From NCBI RefSeq assembly GCF_000021865.1, contig NC_014034.1, positions 2,100,001-2,132,000 of the forward strand: a stretch of DNA of 32,000 nucleotides, in the 5' to 3' direction. The translations under genes and the position numbers were made by a program. The stretch comes from Rhodobacter capsulatus SB 1003 (GTDB taxonomy: Bacteria > Pseudomonadota > Alphaproteobacteria > Rhodobacterales > Rhodobacteraceae). Positions 23,095-32,000 of the stretch are shown here, piece after piece (position 1 is the stretch's first letter; every line of letters begins with the position of its first letter). Under the pieces are notes generated by a model that worked only from the letters and a program-made list of their open reading frames with translations, had not been told where the DNA came from and did not search any database.

Positions 23095-24171
23095 TCAGTC
23101 GGTGCTGATGTCGCCGGTGGTCTTCACCACCGTCACCGTCGGCAGGATGCTGGAAATCAGGCGGTTCCAGCGATAGACCGGGGCCGAGGTCACATAGATC
23201 ACGTCTTGCGGCAGGATCACGAAGCGGGTGCCGATCAGATAGGCGGTCGGGTTCGAGGCGTCGAGCTGATAGACGGTGATCCCCATCGGCTCGTCGCGGA
23301 AGACGAAGATGCCGCGGGCATCGGCCTTGTCCTCGGCCAGACCGCCGACGCGGGTGATCGCCTGGGTCAGGGTGATGTTTTCCAGCGTCAGATCGATCGT
23401 CGAAGGGCTTGACATTTGGGCCAACAAATAGGCCTCCTGCACCGTCTGCCGCCCGACGCTGACGACATCGCCGTTTTGCAGCACCGGGTTGTTGGCGCCG
23501 ATGCCCTGTTCCAGAAAGGCCTTCATGTCGACCTGATGGCTGCGCCCGCCGCGGCGGATGGTGACGGCGCGCGGATCGGCCGTTTCGGTCAGCCCGCCCG
23601 CCGCGTCGATCGCATCAAGCAGCGTCAGGGGCACATCGGTCAGCGGCTGGCGGCTGGGGCTGCCCACCTCGCCCGTCACCGAGACCGACTGGCTCTTGTA
23701 GCTCGCCACCCGGACCTCGACCTGCGGATCGGGGAAGAAGGCGGCAAGCTTTTTGCGCAGATCGTCGCGGATCGCCTCGGGCGTCTTGCCGCGCGCGGGC
23801 ACCTGCCCGACGTAGGGGTAAAAGAACGTGCCATCGGCCTGCACGCGCTGGCCCGCCTGTTCGACCGTGCGCCCGGTGCCCGCCGCCTGTGTCAGCTCGG
23901 GATGGTCCCAGACCGTGACATCAAGCACGTCGCCCACGCCGACCCGGTAATCCCAGGCCGACGAGGACAGCGAGGCCCGGCTGCCCGAAAGATCCCGCGG
24001 CGTGTTGAAGGCATCGATATTGTCGGCCGTCAGCTTGACCACGATGACATTGGTGGACATTTCCTCGACCTCGGCCCGGACGGCCTCGGTGCGGACCGGA
24101 AAATCGGTCTTGGTCACGTCGCAGGCCCCCAGAAGCAGACCCGACGCCGCCGCAAATACAGCGAATCGCAT
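23095..24171 (-). CDS. wza: Polysaccharide export outer-membrane lipoprotein (Wza family), module B
   Basis: 358 aa. ATG at 24171 with GAGGAA upstream. Lipobox is MRFAVFAAASGLLLGAC. The Poly_export core is YRVGVGDVLDVTVWDHPEL...VQADGTFFYPYVGQVPARGKTPEAIRDDL, followed by SLBB-like repeats and a C-terminal helix YRWNRLISSILPTVTVV. Confidence 0.9.
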   Translation of the reverse strand: MRFAVFAAASGLLLGACDVTKTDFPVRTEAVRAEVEEMSTNVIVVKLTADNIDAFNTPRDLSGSRASLSSSAWDYRVGVGDVLDVTVWDHPELTQAAGTGRTVEQAGQRVQADGTFFYPYVGQVPARGKTPEAIRDDLRKKLAAFFPDPQVEVRVASYKSQSVSVTGEVGSPSRQPLTDVPLTLLDAIDAAGGLTETADPRAVTIRRGGRSHQVDMKAFLEQGIGANNPVLQNGDVVSVGRQTVQEAYLLAQMSSPSTIDLTLENITLTQAITRVGGLAEDKADARGIFVFRDEPMGITVYQLDASNPTAYLIGTRFVILPQDVIYVTSAPVYRWNRLISSILPTVTVVKTTGDISTD

Positions 24172-24225
24172 GAATTCCTCGCAAACTGCTTGGCAGACAG
24201 TGGGGGTTTCTTACGCGATGCCGAA

Positions 24226-24252
24226 GGAAAATCCAACCGCCGGTTGCGGCGG
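24226..24252 (-). terminator. Rho-independent terminator downstream of gluQ, separating core genes from the module B operon
   Basis: The minus strand reads CCGCCG-CAAC-CGGCGG (24237-24252), followed by TTGGATTTTCC. It begins 16 nt after the gluQ TAG at 24268-24270. The stem is only 6 bp. Confidence 0.45.
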
Positions 24253-24267
24253 CGCGGTTTGCCACAG

Positions 24268-25104
24268 CTAAAGACCGATCAGGCGGCGGATATCGGCGGG
24301 AGAGGCCCCCTCGGCGCGGTATTTCGACAGCGCCCGGGCATTGTCGCGCTTGGCCAGACGCTTGCCCGCATCGTCGCGGATCAGCCCGTGGTGGTGATAG
24401 ACCGGCACCGGCAGGCCGAGCAGGCGCTGCAGCGTGACATGGATGCAGGTCGCCTCGAACAGGTCTTCGCCGCGGGTGACATGGGTCACGCCCTGCGCCG
24501 CATCATCGAGCACCACCGAAAGGTGATAAGATGTGCCCATCTCCCGCCGCGCCAGAACGACATCGCCGACGGCGCGGATCATCGTTTCGGGGCGGATCTC
24601 GTGCCAGCCGCGATGCGCGGGGCCGGTCTCCTCAAAGCCTGTCTCGGTCGCGGCAAGGTCCATGCGCAGCCGCAGCGCGGTTTCGGGCAGGGCTTGGCCC
24701 GGGCGCGGGCGGCCCTTGTCGCGGCAGCTGCCGGGATAGACGATGCCGTCGGGGCCAAGGGGCGCCCCCTCCTGCGGGGCCGAGGCGGCCTGTTCGATGT
24801 CGCGCCGGCTGCAGGTGCAGCTGTAGACGAGCCCCCTTTGCCACAGCCTTTCAAGGGCGTCGCGATAGAGCGGCAGACGGTCGGACTGCCGCAGCACCGG
24901 CCCGTCCCAGGTGATCCCGAGCCAGCGCAGATCGTCCAGAAGCTGCGCCTCCCACTGCGGTTTCGCACGCGCGCGGTCGATATCCTCGATGCGCAGCAAA
25001 AACCGCCCGCCCGCCGCCCGGGCCATGTCATGGGCCAGGATCGCCGCAAAGGCATGGCCCAGATGCAGCGGGCCGGTGGGCGACGGGGCGAAGCGGGTGA
25101 TCAC
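24268..25104 (-). CDS. gluQ: tRNA glutamyl-Q(34) synthetase (GluQRS, truncated GluRS paralogue)
   Basis: 278 aa. The GTG start overlaps the trmFO stop (GTGA). The N-terminus is [21 protein letters not shown] (class-I HIGH motif). It is catalytic-domain-only in size, with Cys residues (CTCSRRD...YPGSCR) in the region where GluQRS binds zinc. Confidence 0.85.
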   Translation of the reverse strand: MITRFAPSPTGPLHLGHAFAAILAHDMARAAGGRFLLRIEDIDRARAKPQWEAQLLDDLRWLGITWDGPVLRQSDRLPLYRDALERLWQRGLVYSCTCSRRDIEQAASAPQEGAPLGPDGIVYPGSCRDKGRPRPGQALPETALRLRMDLAATETGFEETGPAHRGWHEIRPETMIRAVGDVVLARREMGTSYHLSVVLDDAAQGVTHVTRGEDLFEATCIHVTLQRLLGLPVPVYHHHGLIRDDAGKRLAKRDNARALSKYRAEGASPADIRRLIGL

Positions 25105-26438
25105 GCCTGCGCGGCCAGCCAGGCGGTGAAGACCTCCTTGGCGCGGTCGGTATAGCCCTTGTAGCGGTCCTTGCGGCCGCGCCGTCCGCCCCGCGCGTCA
25201 TCGAGCGGCGGGAAAAGGCCGAAGTTCACGTTCATCGGCTGGAAGGTCTTCGCCACCGCGCCGCCGGTGATGTGGTTGACCAGCGCGCCCATCGCCGTCT
25301 CGGGGCCCGGGGGCGGCAGGCTGCGCCCAAGGATCCCGGCCGCCGCCATCCGCCCGGCCAAAAGCCCCATCGCGGCGCTTTCGACATAGCCCTCGACCCC
25401 GGTGACCTGACCCGCAAAGCGCAGGTTCGGGCGCGCGCGCAGCCGCATCTGATCGTCCAGCAGCGTGGGCGAGTTGAGAAACGTGTTGCGGTGAATCCCG
25501 CCCAGACGCGCGAAAGACGCCTGCTCAAGTCCGGGGATCATTTTGAAAACAGCGGTTTGCGCGCCATACTTCATCTTGGTCTGAAAGCCGACGATGTTGT
25601 AGAGCGTGCCAAGCGCATTGTCGCGACGCAGCTGCACCACCGCATAGGCCTTGGTCGCCGGGTCATGCGCATTCGTCAGCCCGACCGGCTTCATCGGCCC
25701 GTGGCGCAGGGTTTCCCGGCCACGTTCCGCCATCACCTCGATCGGCAGGCAGCCGTCGAAATATCCGGCGGTTTCGCCCGCGTGAAACTCGGTCTTCTCG
25801 GCCGCGAGCAGCGCGTCGATGAAGGCCTCGTACTGATCCCTGGTCATCGGGCAGTTGATATAGGCGGTCCGTTCCTCCTCGGTCTCGCCCTTGTCGTAGC
25901 GGCTTTGCCGCAGGCACCGAATGTCAGTGGTCTCGGCATGCACGATCGGCGCGATCGCATCGAAGAACGCAAGGCTTTCCGCCCCGGTCACCGCCCGGAT
26001 GCTCTCGGCCAGGGCGCCCGAGGTCAGCGGCCCGGTGGCGATGATCCAATGCCCCTCGGCGGGCAGCTCGGTGATCTCTTCTTCCGCGACGGAAATCAGC
26101 GGATGCGCCCGCAGGGCCGCGGTGACGGCGCCCGAGAAGGCCTCGCGGTCAACGGCCAGCGCCCCGCCCGCGGGCAGCGCATGGCGGTCGGCCGTGGCCA
26201 TGATCAGCCCGCCCGCCGCGCGCATTTCCCAATGCAAAAGGCCGACGGCGTTCCGTTCGTCGTCATCCGAGCGGAAGGAATTCGAGCAGACCATTTCCGC
26301 GAAATCGCCGGAACGATGCGCAAAGGTGCCCACGCGCGGGCGCATTTCGTGCAGCACCACGGGAACCCCTGCCTGTGCCGCCTGCCACGCCGCTTCCGAG
26401 CCGGCCAGACCGGCGCCGATGATGTGTAATCTGTCCAT
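25101..26438 (-). CDS. trmFO: Methylenetetrahydrofolate--tRNA-(uracil54-C5)-methyltransferase TrmFO (Gid)
   Basis: 445 aa. The N-terminus is [34 protein letters not shown] (FAD fold). It also has ...[11 protein letters not shown]... and ...[22 protein letters not shown]..., which are characteristic of TrmFO. Confidence 0.9.
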   Translation of the reverse strand: MDRLHIIGAGLAGSEAAWQAAQAGVPVVLHEMRPRVGTFAHRSGDFAEMVCSNSFRSDDDERNAVGLLHWEMRAAGGLIMATADRHALPAGGALAVDREAFSGAVTAALRAHPLISVAEEEITELPAEGHWIIATGPLTSGALAESIRAVTGAESLAFFDAIAPIVHAETTDIRCLRQSRYDKGETEEERTAYINCPMTRDQYEAFIDALLAAEKTEFHAGETAGYFDGCLPIEVMAERGRETLRHGPMKPVGLTNAHDPATKAYAVVQLRRDNALGTLYNIVGFQTKMKYGAQTAVFKMIPGLEQASFARLGGIHRNTFLNSPTLLDDQMRLRARPNLRFAGQVTGVEGYVESAAMGLLAGRMAAAGILGRSLPPPGPETAMGALVNHITGGAVAKTFQPMNVNFGLFPPLDDARGGRRGRKDRYKGYTDRAKEVFTAWLAAQA

Positions 26439-26472
26439 GCCGCCTGATACCGCCCCCGAAGGCAGCGTGCAA

Positions 26473-26510
26473 CGGGATCAGAGTGGCGGGATCAGAGTGG
26501 CGGGATCAGA
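26473..26510. repeat. 14-bp direct tandem repeat, 2.7 copies
   Basis: CGGGATCAGAGTGG occurs at 26473-26486 and again at 26487-26500, followed by the partial copy CGGGATCAGA at 26501-26510. The last copy contains the stop codon of the 26506-26856 gene. The array ends 35 nt upstream of the trmFO start. Confidence 0.9.
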
Positions 26511-26856
26511 TCAGCGCGATGCGTTCGCGCCGTTCGGCATCGGGGAAGGGGCGGTACAGCCCGACCGAGTAAGAGGCGATCATCGCATGCATCAGCTCGT
26601 AATGCCGCATCTCCCCCTCGGTGAATTGCGCGACCGAGCGGAAGGCCTTTTCCAGCGCCGCCATGCTTTCGAATTCGACTTCCAGGATGAAGCCCGTATG
26701 CGGCCCCGAGGCCAGCCCCATCTTGCGCCGCATCAGCCGCCAGCCGCCGATCAGGCCTTCCTGTTTCAGCTCGCTCATCCATTGTTCGACCGAGGCGGCA
26801 AAGGCCAGCGCCTTGGCATCGCTCTTCAGCTCGATCATGCAGTGGTAAAGATCCAT
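26506..26856 (-). CDS. Hypothetical small cytoplasmic protein (116 aa)
   Basis: ATG at 26856 with GGGAGA 7 nt upstream. The sequence is MDLYHCMIELKSDAKALAFAASVEQWMSELKQEGLIGGWRLMRRK...; it has no signal peptide and an alpha+beta-looking pattern. I could not name a family with confidence. Confidence 0.6.
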   Translation of the reverse strand: MDLYHCMIELKSDAKALAFAASVEQWMSELKQEGLIGGWRLMRRKMGLASGPHTGFILEVEFESMAALEKAFRSVAQFTEGEMRHYELMHAMIASYSVGLYRPFPDAERRERIALI

Positions 26857-26916
26857 GCTTTTCTCCCTCGGGCGAAGACAGAAAAGCATGGATGTCTTGA
26901 GAATGGCTTAAGCGGC

Positions 26917-27621
26917 TCAGTTGCCGATGATCGACTGCGACAGCCCGCGCTTGCCAAAGGTGACGCCATTGCCGCCCATCAGGAACTTCACGCCCAGACC
27001 CAGGGTCAGCTCGCGGTCCGACTGGTTGCCATCGACCAGCCCGAGCGAGCCGTCGATCTTCACCCCCGAGGGCATCGCATAGCCCAGCGTCGCGTCAAAG
27101 GCGGTGGTGTCCGAGCCGTGATCGGCATTGACCGTCTTGACCCGGCCGCCCAGCGACAGCGCATCCGTCAGCGCATAGCGGCCATCAAGGCCAAGGATCG
27201 TCGCGTCATTGCCGTCATTCTTCAACAGCGTCGCATTGCCCTCGACGGTCAGCAGGCCGAAGTCATGCGTGGCCTCAAGGCCGTAATGCTCCATGTGATT
27301 GCCGCCGACCCATTCATGGCCCAGAAAGCCGCCGACCGCGAAACCGTCATTCACATGGCCGATCGCATGCAGGGTGACATTCGTCGCCTCGTCGTTGCTG
27401 TTGGTGAAATGGTGCTGCGCCACGTCCAGCTGCGCGGCAAAGCCCGGGGTGAAGCCATATTCCACCGCGCCTTCGAGCGCGAGATTGTTCTTGTGCCGCT
27501 GCTGGCCCTCGGCCAGCCCCGACCAGGTGAAGCCCAGTTCCGCCCCGCGCACCGAACCTTCGGCCAGCGCGGCGACGGGAAGCAGCGCCGCAACCAGCGC
27601 CAGAGGGACAATCTTGTGCAT
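26917..27621 (-). CDS. Putative outer-membrane beta-barrel protein
   Basis: ATG at 27621 (GAGG 6 nt upstream) is preferred over 27633. Signal peptide is MHKIVPLALVAALLPVAALA. The mature part is Gly/Asp/Thr-rich with alternating hydrophobic residues (ELGFTWSGL, YGFTPGFAAQLDVA, VTLHAIGHV, YGLEATHDFG, LDGRYALT, FDATLGYAM, LTLGLGVKF). It lacks the usual C-terminal Phe. Confidence 0.5.
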   Translation of the reverse strand: MHKIVPLALVAALLPVAALAEGSVRGAELGFTWSGLAEGQQRHKNNLALEGAVEYGFTPGFAAQLDVAQHHFTNSNDEATNVTLHAIGHVNDGFAVGGFLGHEWVGGNHMEHYGLEATHDFGLLTVEGNATLLKNDGNDATILGLDGRYALTDALSLGGRVKTVNADHGSDTTAFDATLGYAMPSGVKIDGSLGLVDGNQSDRELTLGLGVKFLMGGNGVTFGKRGLSQSIIGN

Positions 27622-27650
27622 CTTCAACCTCATGGAGTTTGTTCTTGGTC

Positions 27651-30392
27651 TTACGCTTCGGCCTCGTCATCGCCCGGATCGGCCACACGGGCGACCGAGA
27701 CGACCTCTTCTTCGGCGCCGGTGTTGAACACCTTCACCCCCCCGGCCGCGCGGGAGCGGAAGGAGATCCCCGCCACCGGGCAGCGGATCGATTGCCCGGT
27801 CGAGGTCGCCAGCATCACCTGATCGGTCGGCTCGACCGGGAAGGAGGCCACCAGCGCCCCGCCCCGCATCGACTTTTCAAAGGCCGTCACGCCCTGACCG
27901 CCGCGGCCGCGCACCGGATAGCTGTGGCTGGAGGAAATCTTGCCCAGACCCTTGGCGGTGATCGTCAGGATCAGATCCTGCGCCGCCAGCATTTCGGCAT
28001 AACGGGCATCCGACAGCACGCCTTCGCCGCCCTCGGCCTCATCCTCGGCATCGCGGTCGGTCTCGGCCTCGTCCTCGGTCTCGCCGCCCAGTTCCGCGCG
28101 GTAGCGCTTGACAAAGGCGTCGCGTTCCCAGGGTTCGGCCTCGAAATGGCGAATGACCGACATCGAGACGACCTTGTCCCCCTCGGCCAGCCGCACCCCG
28201 CGCACGCCGGTCGAAGAGCGGCCCTTGAAGATCCGCACCTCGGGCACCGGGAAGCGGATGGCCCGGCCGGACGCCGTCACCAGCATGATGTCGTCCTCCT
28301 CGTGGCACATCCGGGTGTCCACCAGCGTCACGCCTTCGGGCAGTTCCATCGCCCGCTTGCCGTTTTTCATCACCTTGGCGAAATCGGAGAGCGCATTCCT
28401 GCGCACGTCGCCGTCCGAAGTGGCGAAGAAGACCTGGAAATCGTCCCAGGTTTCCTCGGGCTCGTCGACCGGCATCAGCGAGGCGACGCTGACGCCCTGC
28501 GGGATCGGCAGGATGTTGACGATCGCCTTGCCCTTCGAGGTCCGCCCCGCCAGCGGCAGGCGCCAGCATTTCAAGGAATAGACCATGCCGTCGGTGGTGA
28601 AGAACAACAGCTGCGTATGGGTGTTGGCGACGAAAAGCGTGGTGACGACATCGTCTTCCTTGGTCGCCATCGAGGCGAGCCCCTTGCCGCCGCGGCGCTG
28701 AGCGCGGAATTCGGCCAGGGGCGTGCGCTTGATGTAGCCGCCCGAGGTGATGGTCACCACCATGTCCTCGCGCTCGATCAGGTCTTCGTCGTCGAGGTCC
28801 CCGGCCCAGTCGACAATCTCGGTGCGGCGCGGCACGGCATGGGCGGCGCGGACCTCGCGCAGCTCGGTCGCGATGATCGCCATGATCCGCTCGCGCGAGG
28901 CGAGGATGGCCAGATAATCGCGGATCTTGCCCGCAAGCTCGGCCAGCTCGTCGGTGACTTCCTGCACCCCCATCGCGGTCAGCCGCTGCAGCCGCAGGTC
29001 CAGAATGGCGCGGGCCTGAACTTCCGACAGGTTGTAGGTGCCGTCGTCATTGACCGGATGCAGCGGATCATCGATCAGCCGGAGATATTCGACGATCTCA
29101 TGCGCGGGCCAGCGCCGTTCCATCAGCCGGTCGCGGGCCTCTGCCGGGTCTTTCGACGACCGGATCGTGGCGACGACCTCATCGACGTTCGAGACGGCGA
29201 CGGCCAGACCGCAGAGGATATGGCTGCGCTCGCGCGCCTTGCGCAGCTCGTAAGCGGTGCGCCGCGCCACAACTTCCTCGCGGAAGGCGATGAAATGGCT
29301 CAGGAAATCGCGAAGCGTCAGCTGTTCCGGCCGCCCCCCGTTCAAGGCCAGCATGTTGCAGCCGAACGAGGTCTGCAGCGGCGTGAAGCGGTAAAGCTGG
29401 TTCAGCACCACATCGGCCGTCGCGTCGCGCTTGAGTTCGATCACTACCCGCACGCCGACGCGGTCGCTTTCGTCGGCGATCGAGGCGATGCCCTCCAGCT
29501 TCTTCTCGCGCACCAGATCGGCCATCTTCTCGATCATCGTCGCCTTGTTCACCTGATAGGGAATCTCGTCGATGATGATGGCGAAACGATCCTTGCGGAT
29601 CTCCTCGATCCGGGTCTTGGCGCGGATGATGACGGACCCGCGGCCCTCCAGATAGGCCTTGCGGGCGCCGCCGCGGCCCATGATCTGCGCGCCGGTCGGG
29701 AAATCCGGGCCGGGCACATAGTCCATCAGCGCTTCCGAACTCAGATCCGGGTTTTCGATCAGGGCGAGCGTCGCATCGATCACCTCGCCCAGATTGTGCG
29801 GCGGAATGTTCGTCGCCATGCCGACGGCGATGCCGCCCGCACCATTGACCAGCATGTTCGGGAACCGCGCCGGAAGCACCGTCGGTTCCTTGTCCTTGCC
29901 GTCGTAGTTGTCCTGAAAATCGACCGTGTCCTTCTCGATATCGGCCAGCAGGAAGGCGGCGGGCTTGTCCATCCGCACTTCGGTGTAGCGCATCGCCGCG
30001 GCGCTGTCGCCGTCCATCGAGCCGAAGTTGCCCTGACCATCGAGCAGCGGCAGCGACATCGAGAAGTCCTGCGCCATCCGCACCAGCGCGTCATAGATCG
30101 CCGCGTCGCCATGCGGGTGGTATTTCCCCATCACGTCGCCCACCGGACGCGCCGATTTGCGATAGGGCTTGTCATGCGTGTTGCCGGTTTCATGCATCGC
30201 ATAAAGGATGCGCCGGTGCGCGGGCTTGAGCCCGTCGCGCAGGTCGGGAATGGCGCGGGACACGATCACGCTCATCGCGTAATCGAGGTAAGCGGTCTTC
30301 ATTTCCTCGGCGATGGAAACCACCGGGCCCGCATGGTGGGCACGTTTCGGGGTGTCGCCGGAGGGGTCCGTGGGGTCGATGATATCGGTCAC
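27651..30392 (-). CDS. gyrA: DNA gyrase subunit A
   Basis: [61 protein letters not shown] and [10 protein letters not shown] (catalytic Tyr region), followed by a C-terminal beta-pinwheel repeat region and an acidic tail. The start is ambiguous. The GTG at 30392 ([10 protein letters not shown]...) gives a typical N-terminal length. The ATG at 30443 has no RBS. Confidence 0.95.
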   Translation of the reverse strand: MTDIIDPTDPSGDTPKRAHHAGPVVSIAEEMKTAYLDYAMSVIVSRAIPDLRDGLKPAHRRILYAMHETGNTHDKPYRKSARPVGDVMGKYHPHGDAAIYDALVRMAQDFSMSLPLLDGQGNFGSMDGDSAAAMRYTEVRMDKPAAFLLADIEKDTVDFQDNYDGKDKEPTVLPARFPNMLVNGAGGIAVGMATNIPPHNLGEVIDATLALIENPDLSSEALMDYVPGPDFPTGAQIMGRGGARKAYLEGRGSVIIRAKTRIEEIRKDRFAIIIDEIPYQVNKATMIEKMADLVREKKLEGIASIADESDRVGVRVVIELKRDATADVVLNQLYRFTPLQTSFGCNMLALNGGRPEQLTLRDFLSHFIAFREEVVARRTAYELRKARERSHILCGLAVAVSNVDEVVATIRSSKDPAEARDRLMERRWPAHEIVEYLRLIDDPLHPVNDDGTYNLSEVQARAILDLRLQRLTAMGVQEVTDELAELAGKIRDYLAILASRERIMAIIATELREVRAAHAVPRRTEIVDWAGDLDDEDLIEREDMVVTITSGGYIKRTPLAEFRAQRRGGKGLASMATKEDDVVTTLFVANTHTQLLFFTTDGMVYSLKCWRLPLAGRTSKGKAIVNILPIPQGVSVASLMPVDEPEETWDDFQVFFATSDGDVRRNALSDFAKVMKNGKRAMELPEGVTLVDTRMCHEEDDIMLVTASGRAIRFPVPEVRIFKGRSSTGVRGVRLAEGDKVVSMSVIRHFEAEPWERDAFVKRYRAELGGETEDEAETDRDAEDEAEGGEGVLSDARYAEMLAAQDLILTITAKGLGKISSSHSYPVRGRGGQGVTAFEKSMRGGALVASFPVEPTDQVMLATSTGQSIRCPVAGISFRSRAAGGVKVFNTGAEEEVVSVARVADPGDDEAEA

Positions 30393-30552
30393 GCGGGGCT
30401 TCTTCTGCCAGATTTTGTTGTGCCGCCTTATATCGCAACCCATGGCTTGGGTGCAACGGCGAATGGTCTGTCCGGGGGGAAAGGGCGGAATTTGCGTCTT
30501 TGGACCAGGAAGAAACGGCGGCTTCTTCCTGGCTCAAACAGGCCCCGGGCGC

Positions 30553-31038
30553 TCAGCGCCGGGCGCGGCGGTCGCTCAGGAAGGCCGCGATCCAGAGCCC
30601 CGCGAAGATCAGCGAGAGGGCCGCGTTCAGGTTCGGCATGGTGATGCCCAGGACCTGCCAGGCGATCTCGTCGCAGCGCACCAGCGGCGCGGCCGAGATC
30701 TGCGCCATCAGGTCCTGCGCCGAGAGGCTTGAAATCGGGTTCGAGGTGCAGCTGTCGGGACCGGCAAAGATGTGGCGCTCGACGCCGGAATGATAAAGAC
30801 CGAAGCCCGCCGTGGTCAGGCAGGCCAAGGCGCCGAAACCGGCAAAGGCCATCGGCAGCCGCAAGAGCACCATCAGGCCCCCCAGAACGGCCGCGACCAG
30901 ATGCGGCCAGCGCTGCAGCACGCACAGATCGCAGGGCGGAAATCCCAGCGCCTGAAAGATCAGCGCCGCGATCAGCACCGCGGCCGAACCGGCGGCGGCC
31001 AGCGCGACAAGCAGGCGCGGGGTCAGGAACGGGGGCAT
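30553..31038 (-). CDS. dsbB: Disulfide bond formation protein B (DsbB family)
   Basis: 161 aa with four predicted TM segments. The first periplasmic-edge motif is GFPPCDLCVLQRWPH (CxxC followed by QR). A second Cys pair lies in the large loop (GPDSCTS...LVRCDE). The start lies 2 nt after the yqaA stop. Confidence 0.8.
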   Translation of the reverse strand: MPPFLTPRLLVALAAAGSAAVLIAALIFQALGFPPCDLCVLQRWPHLVAAVLGGLMVLLRLPMAFAGFGALACLTTAGFGLYHSGVERHIFAGPDSCTSNPISSLSAQDLMAQISAAPLVRCDEIAWQVLGITMPNLNAALSLIFAGLWIAAFLSDRRARR

Positions 31039-31040
31039 GT

Positions 31041-31625
31041 TCAGGCTCCTTTCAGGACAAACCAGGCGGCGGCCAGCACCAGCAGCAGCCCGCCCGCAAC
31101 CCAGACGAGGCGCCGCTCGACAAAGCTGGCGATCCGGGCGCCGAATCGTGCCAGCAGCCAGCCAAGGCCGTAAAACCGCGCCGAGCGCGCGACGATGGCC
31201 GAGGCGATGAACAGCACCGGATCGAAGCTGAGCACCCCCGCCAGGATCGTCACCACCTTCATCGGCGGCATATGCGCCAGCCCCGAGGTGACCAGCATCA
31301 CCAGGATCGCCCAGGTTCCCGCCCCCTCGCGCAGGGCGTCAAAGGTCGCCATCTTGCCCGTCGCCTCCAGAAAGGGCCGGGCCAGCAGGTCGAAGGCGTA
31401 ATGGCCGATGCACCAGCCGAAGATCCCGCCCAGAACCGAGGTGACCGAGGCGATCAGCGCATAGCGCCAGATCTTTTCGGGCCGCGCCAGCGCCATCGGC
31501 ACGAAAAGCACATCGGCCGGGATCGGAAAGAACGAGCTTTCGGTGAAGGAGATGAGGCCAAGCGCCCAATCCGCGCGGCGATGTCCGGCCAGGCCAAGGG
31601 TCCAGCGGTAAAGTCGTTCGAACAT
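31041..31625 (-). CDS. yqaA: YqaA / DedA (SNARE-associated) family membrane protein
   Basis: 194 aa. The sequence MFERLYRWTLGLAGHRRADWALGLISFTESSFFPIPADVLFVPMAL... shows the typical YqaA N-terminus with the ESSFFPIP motif, plus multiple TM helices. Confidence 0.8.
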   Translation of the reverse strand: MFERLYRWTLGLAGHRRADWALGLISFTESSFFPIPADVLFVPMALARPEKIWRYALIASVTSVLGGIFGWCIGHYAFDLLARPFLEATGKMATFDALREGAGTWAILVMLVTSGLAHMPPMKVVTILAGVLSFDPVLFIASAIVARSARFYGLGWLLARFGARIASFVERRLVWVAGGLLLVLAAAWFVLKGA

Positions 31626-31764
31626 GGGCCCCCGCGGCTGGTTCCGGCGTCTTGGCCGTGCATCGCAAGGCAGGGGGGCGGCGTCAAGCCGGGGCGCGAC
31701 GTTTTCCCGCTGTCCGGGGCGGCTTTGCGGGGCTAATTTCGCAACCGTGATCGGGAGGGGCGCG

Positions 31765-32000
31765 ATGAGGTGGCAAGGCCGTCACGGCAGCGACAATATC
31801 GAAGACCGTCGCGGCAGCGACAATATCGAAGACCGTCGCGGTGGTGGCGGGCGGCGGATCTCGCTTGGTGGCGCGGGCGGGCTTGGCCTTCTGGCGCTGG
31901 GGCTGGCGGGCTGGATCTTCGGCATCGACCTGACGCCGCTTCTGAACAGCGAGGGGCTGCACGGGAACGGGATGCCGCGCGAGAGCGCACCGCAGGTGCA
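31765..32000 (+). CDS. ypfJ: YpfJ-family putative neutral zinc metallopeptidase, 5' part (runs off the window)
   Basis: It is not in the ORF track because no stop falls inside the window. ATG at 31765 with GGGAGGGG upstream. Hand translation gives MRWQGRHGSDNIEDRRGSDNIEDRRGGGGRRISLGGAGGLGLLALGLAGWIFGIDLTPLL... The MRW...S[DE]N[IV]EDRR start followed by a TM helix matches my memory of the YpfJ family N-terminus. Confidence 0.7.
   Translation, partial: MRWQGRHGSDNIEDRRGSDNIEDRRGGGGRRISLGGAGGLGLLALGLAGWIFGIDLTPLLNSEGLHGNGMPRESAPQV
31786..31839 (+). repeat. Perfect 27-bp tandem duplication inside the ypfJ 5' coding region
   Basis: GGCAGCGACAATATCGAAGACCGTCGC occurs at 31786-31812 and identically at 31813-31839. 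It is in frame and duplicates the peptide GSDNIEDRR. Confidence 0.95.

Noticed and set aside
18145-23412. A 1755-aa uninterrupted + strand ORF, the longest ORF in the window.
   Set aside because: It runs antisense across five well-supported minus-strand genes (yjbH-B, wzc-B, wzb, wza-B and their spacers). Its translation is Arg/Gly/Pro/Ala-rich low complexity with no recognisable motif. Long stop-free antisense frames are expected in DNA this GC-rich.
27639-30644. A 1001-aa + strand ORF.
   Set aside because: It is antisense to gyrA, whose identity is unambiguous. Its composition is Arg/Gly/His-rich with no motifs, so it is a GC-driven artefact.
1-32000. Mobile elements, prophage or defence-island signatures, tRNA or rRNA genes.
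   Set aside because: There are no transposase, integrase or recombinase motifs, no terminal inverted repeats flanking the EPS locus and no tRNA-like cloverleaf candidates in the short intergenic gaps. Apart from short AT-richer promoter spacers, composition looks uniform by eye. I could not compute GC skew or k-mer statistics, so a subtle island boundary near 24.2 kb cannot be excluded.

Overview
This is a high-GC, tightly packed bacterial chromosome segment. The protein set (TrmFO, GluQRS, DsbB with a PCxLC motif, a small RTX protein, ExoY/ExoP/ExoF-like polysaccharide genes) looks alphaproteobacterial, possibly Rhodobacterales-like; that is inference only.

Positions ~190-24170 form one large surface-polysaccharide (EPS/capsule) locus. 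It encodes a small RTX Ca-binding protein, a flavoenzyme, a pyruvyl-transferase-like protein, three glycosyltransferases (one GT2, two GT4), a WbaP/ExoY-type priming sugar transferase and a UDP-glucuronate 4-epimerase.

The notable part is two diverged, paralogous outer-membrane export modules. Each has a Wza-type lipoprotein, a Wzc-type tyrosine autokinase, a ~705-aa YjbH/GfcD-like protein, a YjbF/GfcB-like lipoprotein and a small Gly-rich secreted YjbE/GfcA-like protein.
- Module A (7119-14761) is split over both strands.
- Module B (17103-24171) is one compact minus-strand operon, wza-wzb-wzc-yjbH-yjbF-yjbE.
- Neither module has a YjbG/GfcC equivalent, only module B has a Wzb phosphatase, and no Wzx flippase or Wzy polymerase is visible in the window.

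Non-coding oddities:
- 3.3 copies of a 31-bp tandem repeat plus a 14-bp-stem hairpin in the divergent glycosyltransferase promoter region (4672-4917).
- A 27-bp near-perfect palindrome upstream of the priming transferase.
- A perfect in-frame 27-bp duplication in the ypfJ 5' end.
- A 14-bp tandem repeat upstream of trmFO.

Positions 24268-32000 are core genes: gluQ, trmFO, a small hypothetical, an OM beta-barrel candidate, gyrA, dsbB, yqaA and a partial ypfJ. I saw no rRNA, tRNA, CRISPR, transposase or integrase.

All family calls are motif recognition by eye, with no searches run. Many long ORFs in the six-frame track are antisense or frame artefacts of GC-rich DNA. The track also renders alternative start codons (GTG/TTG) as M.
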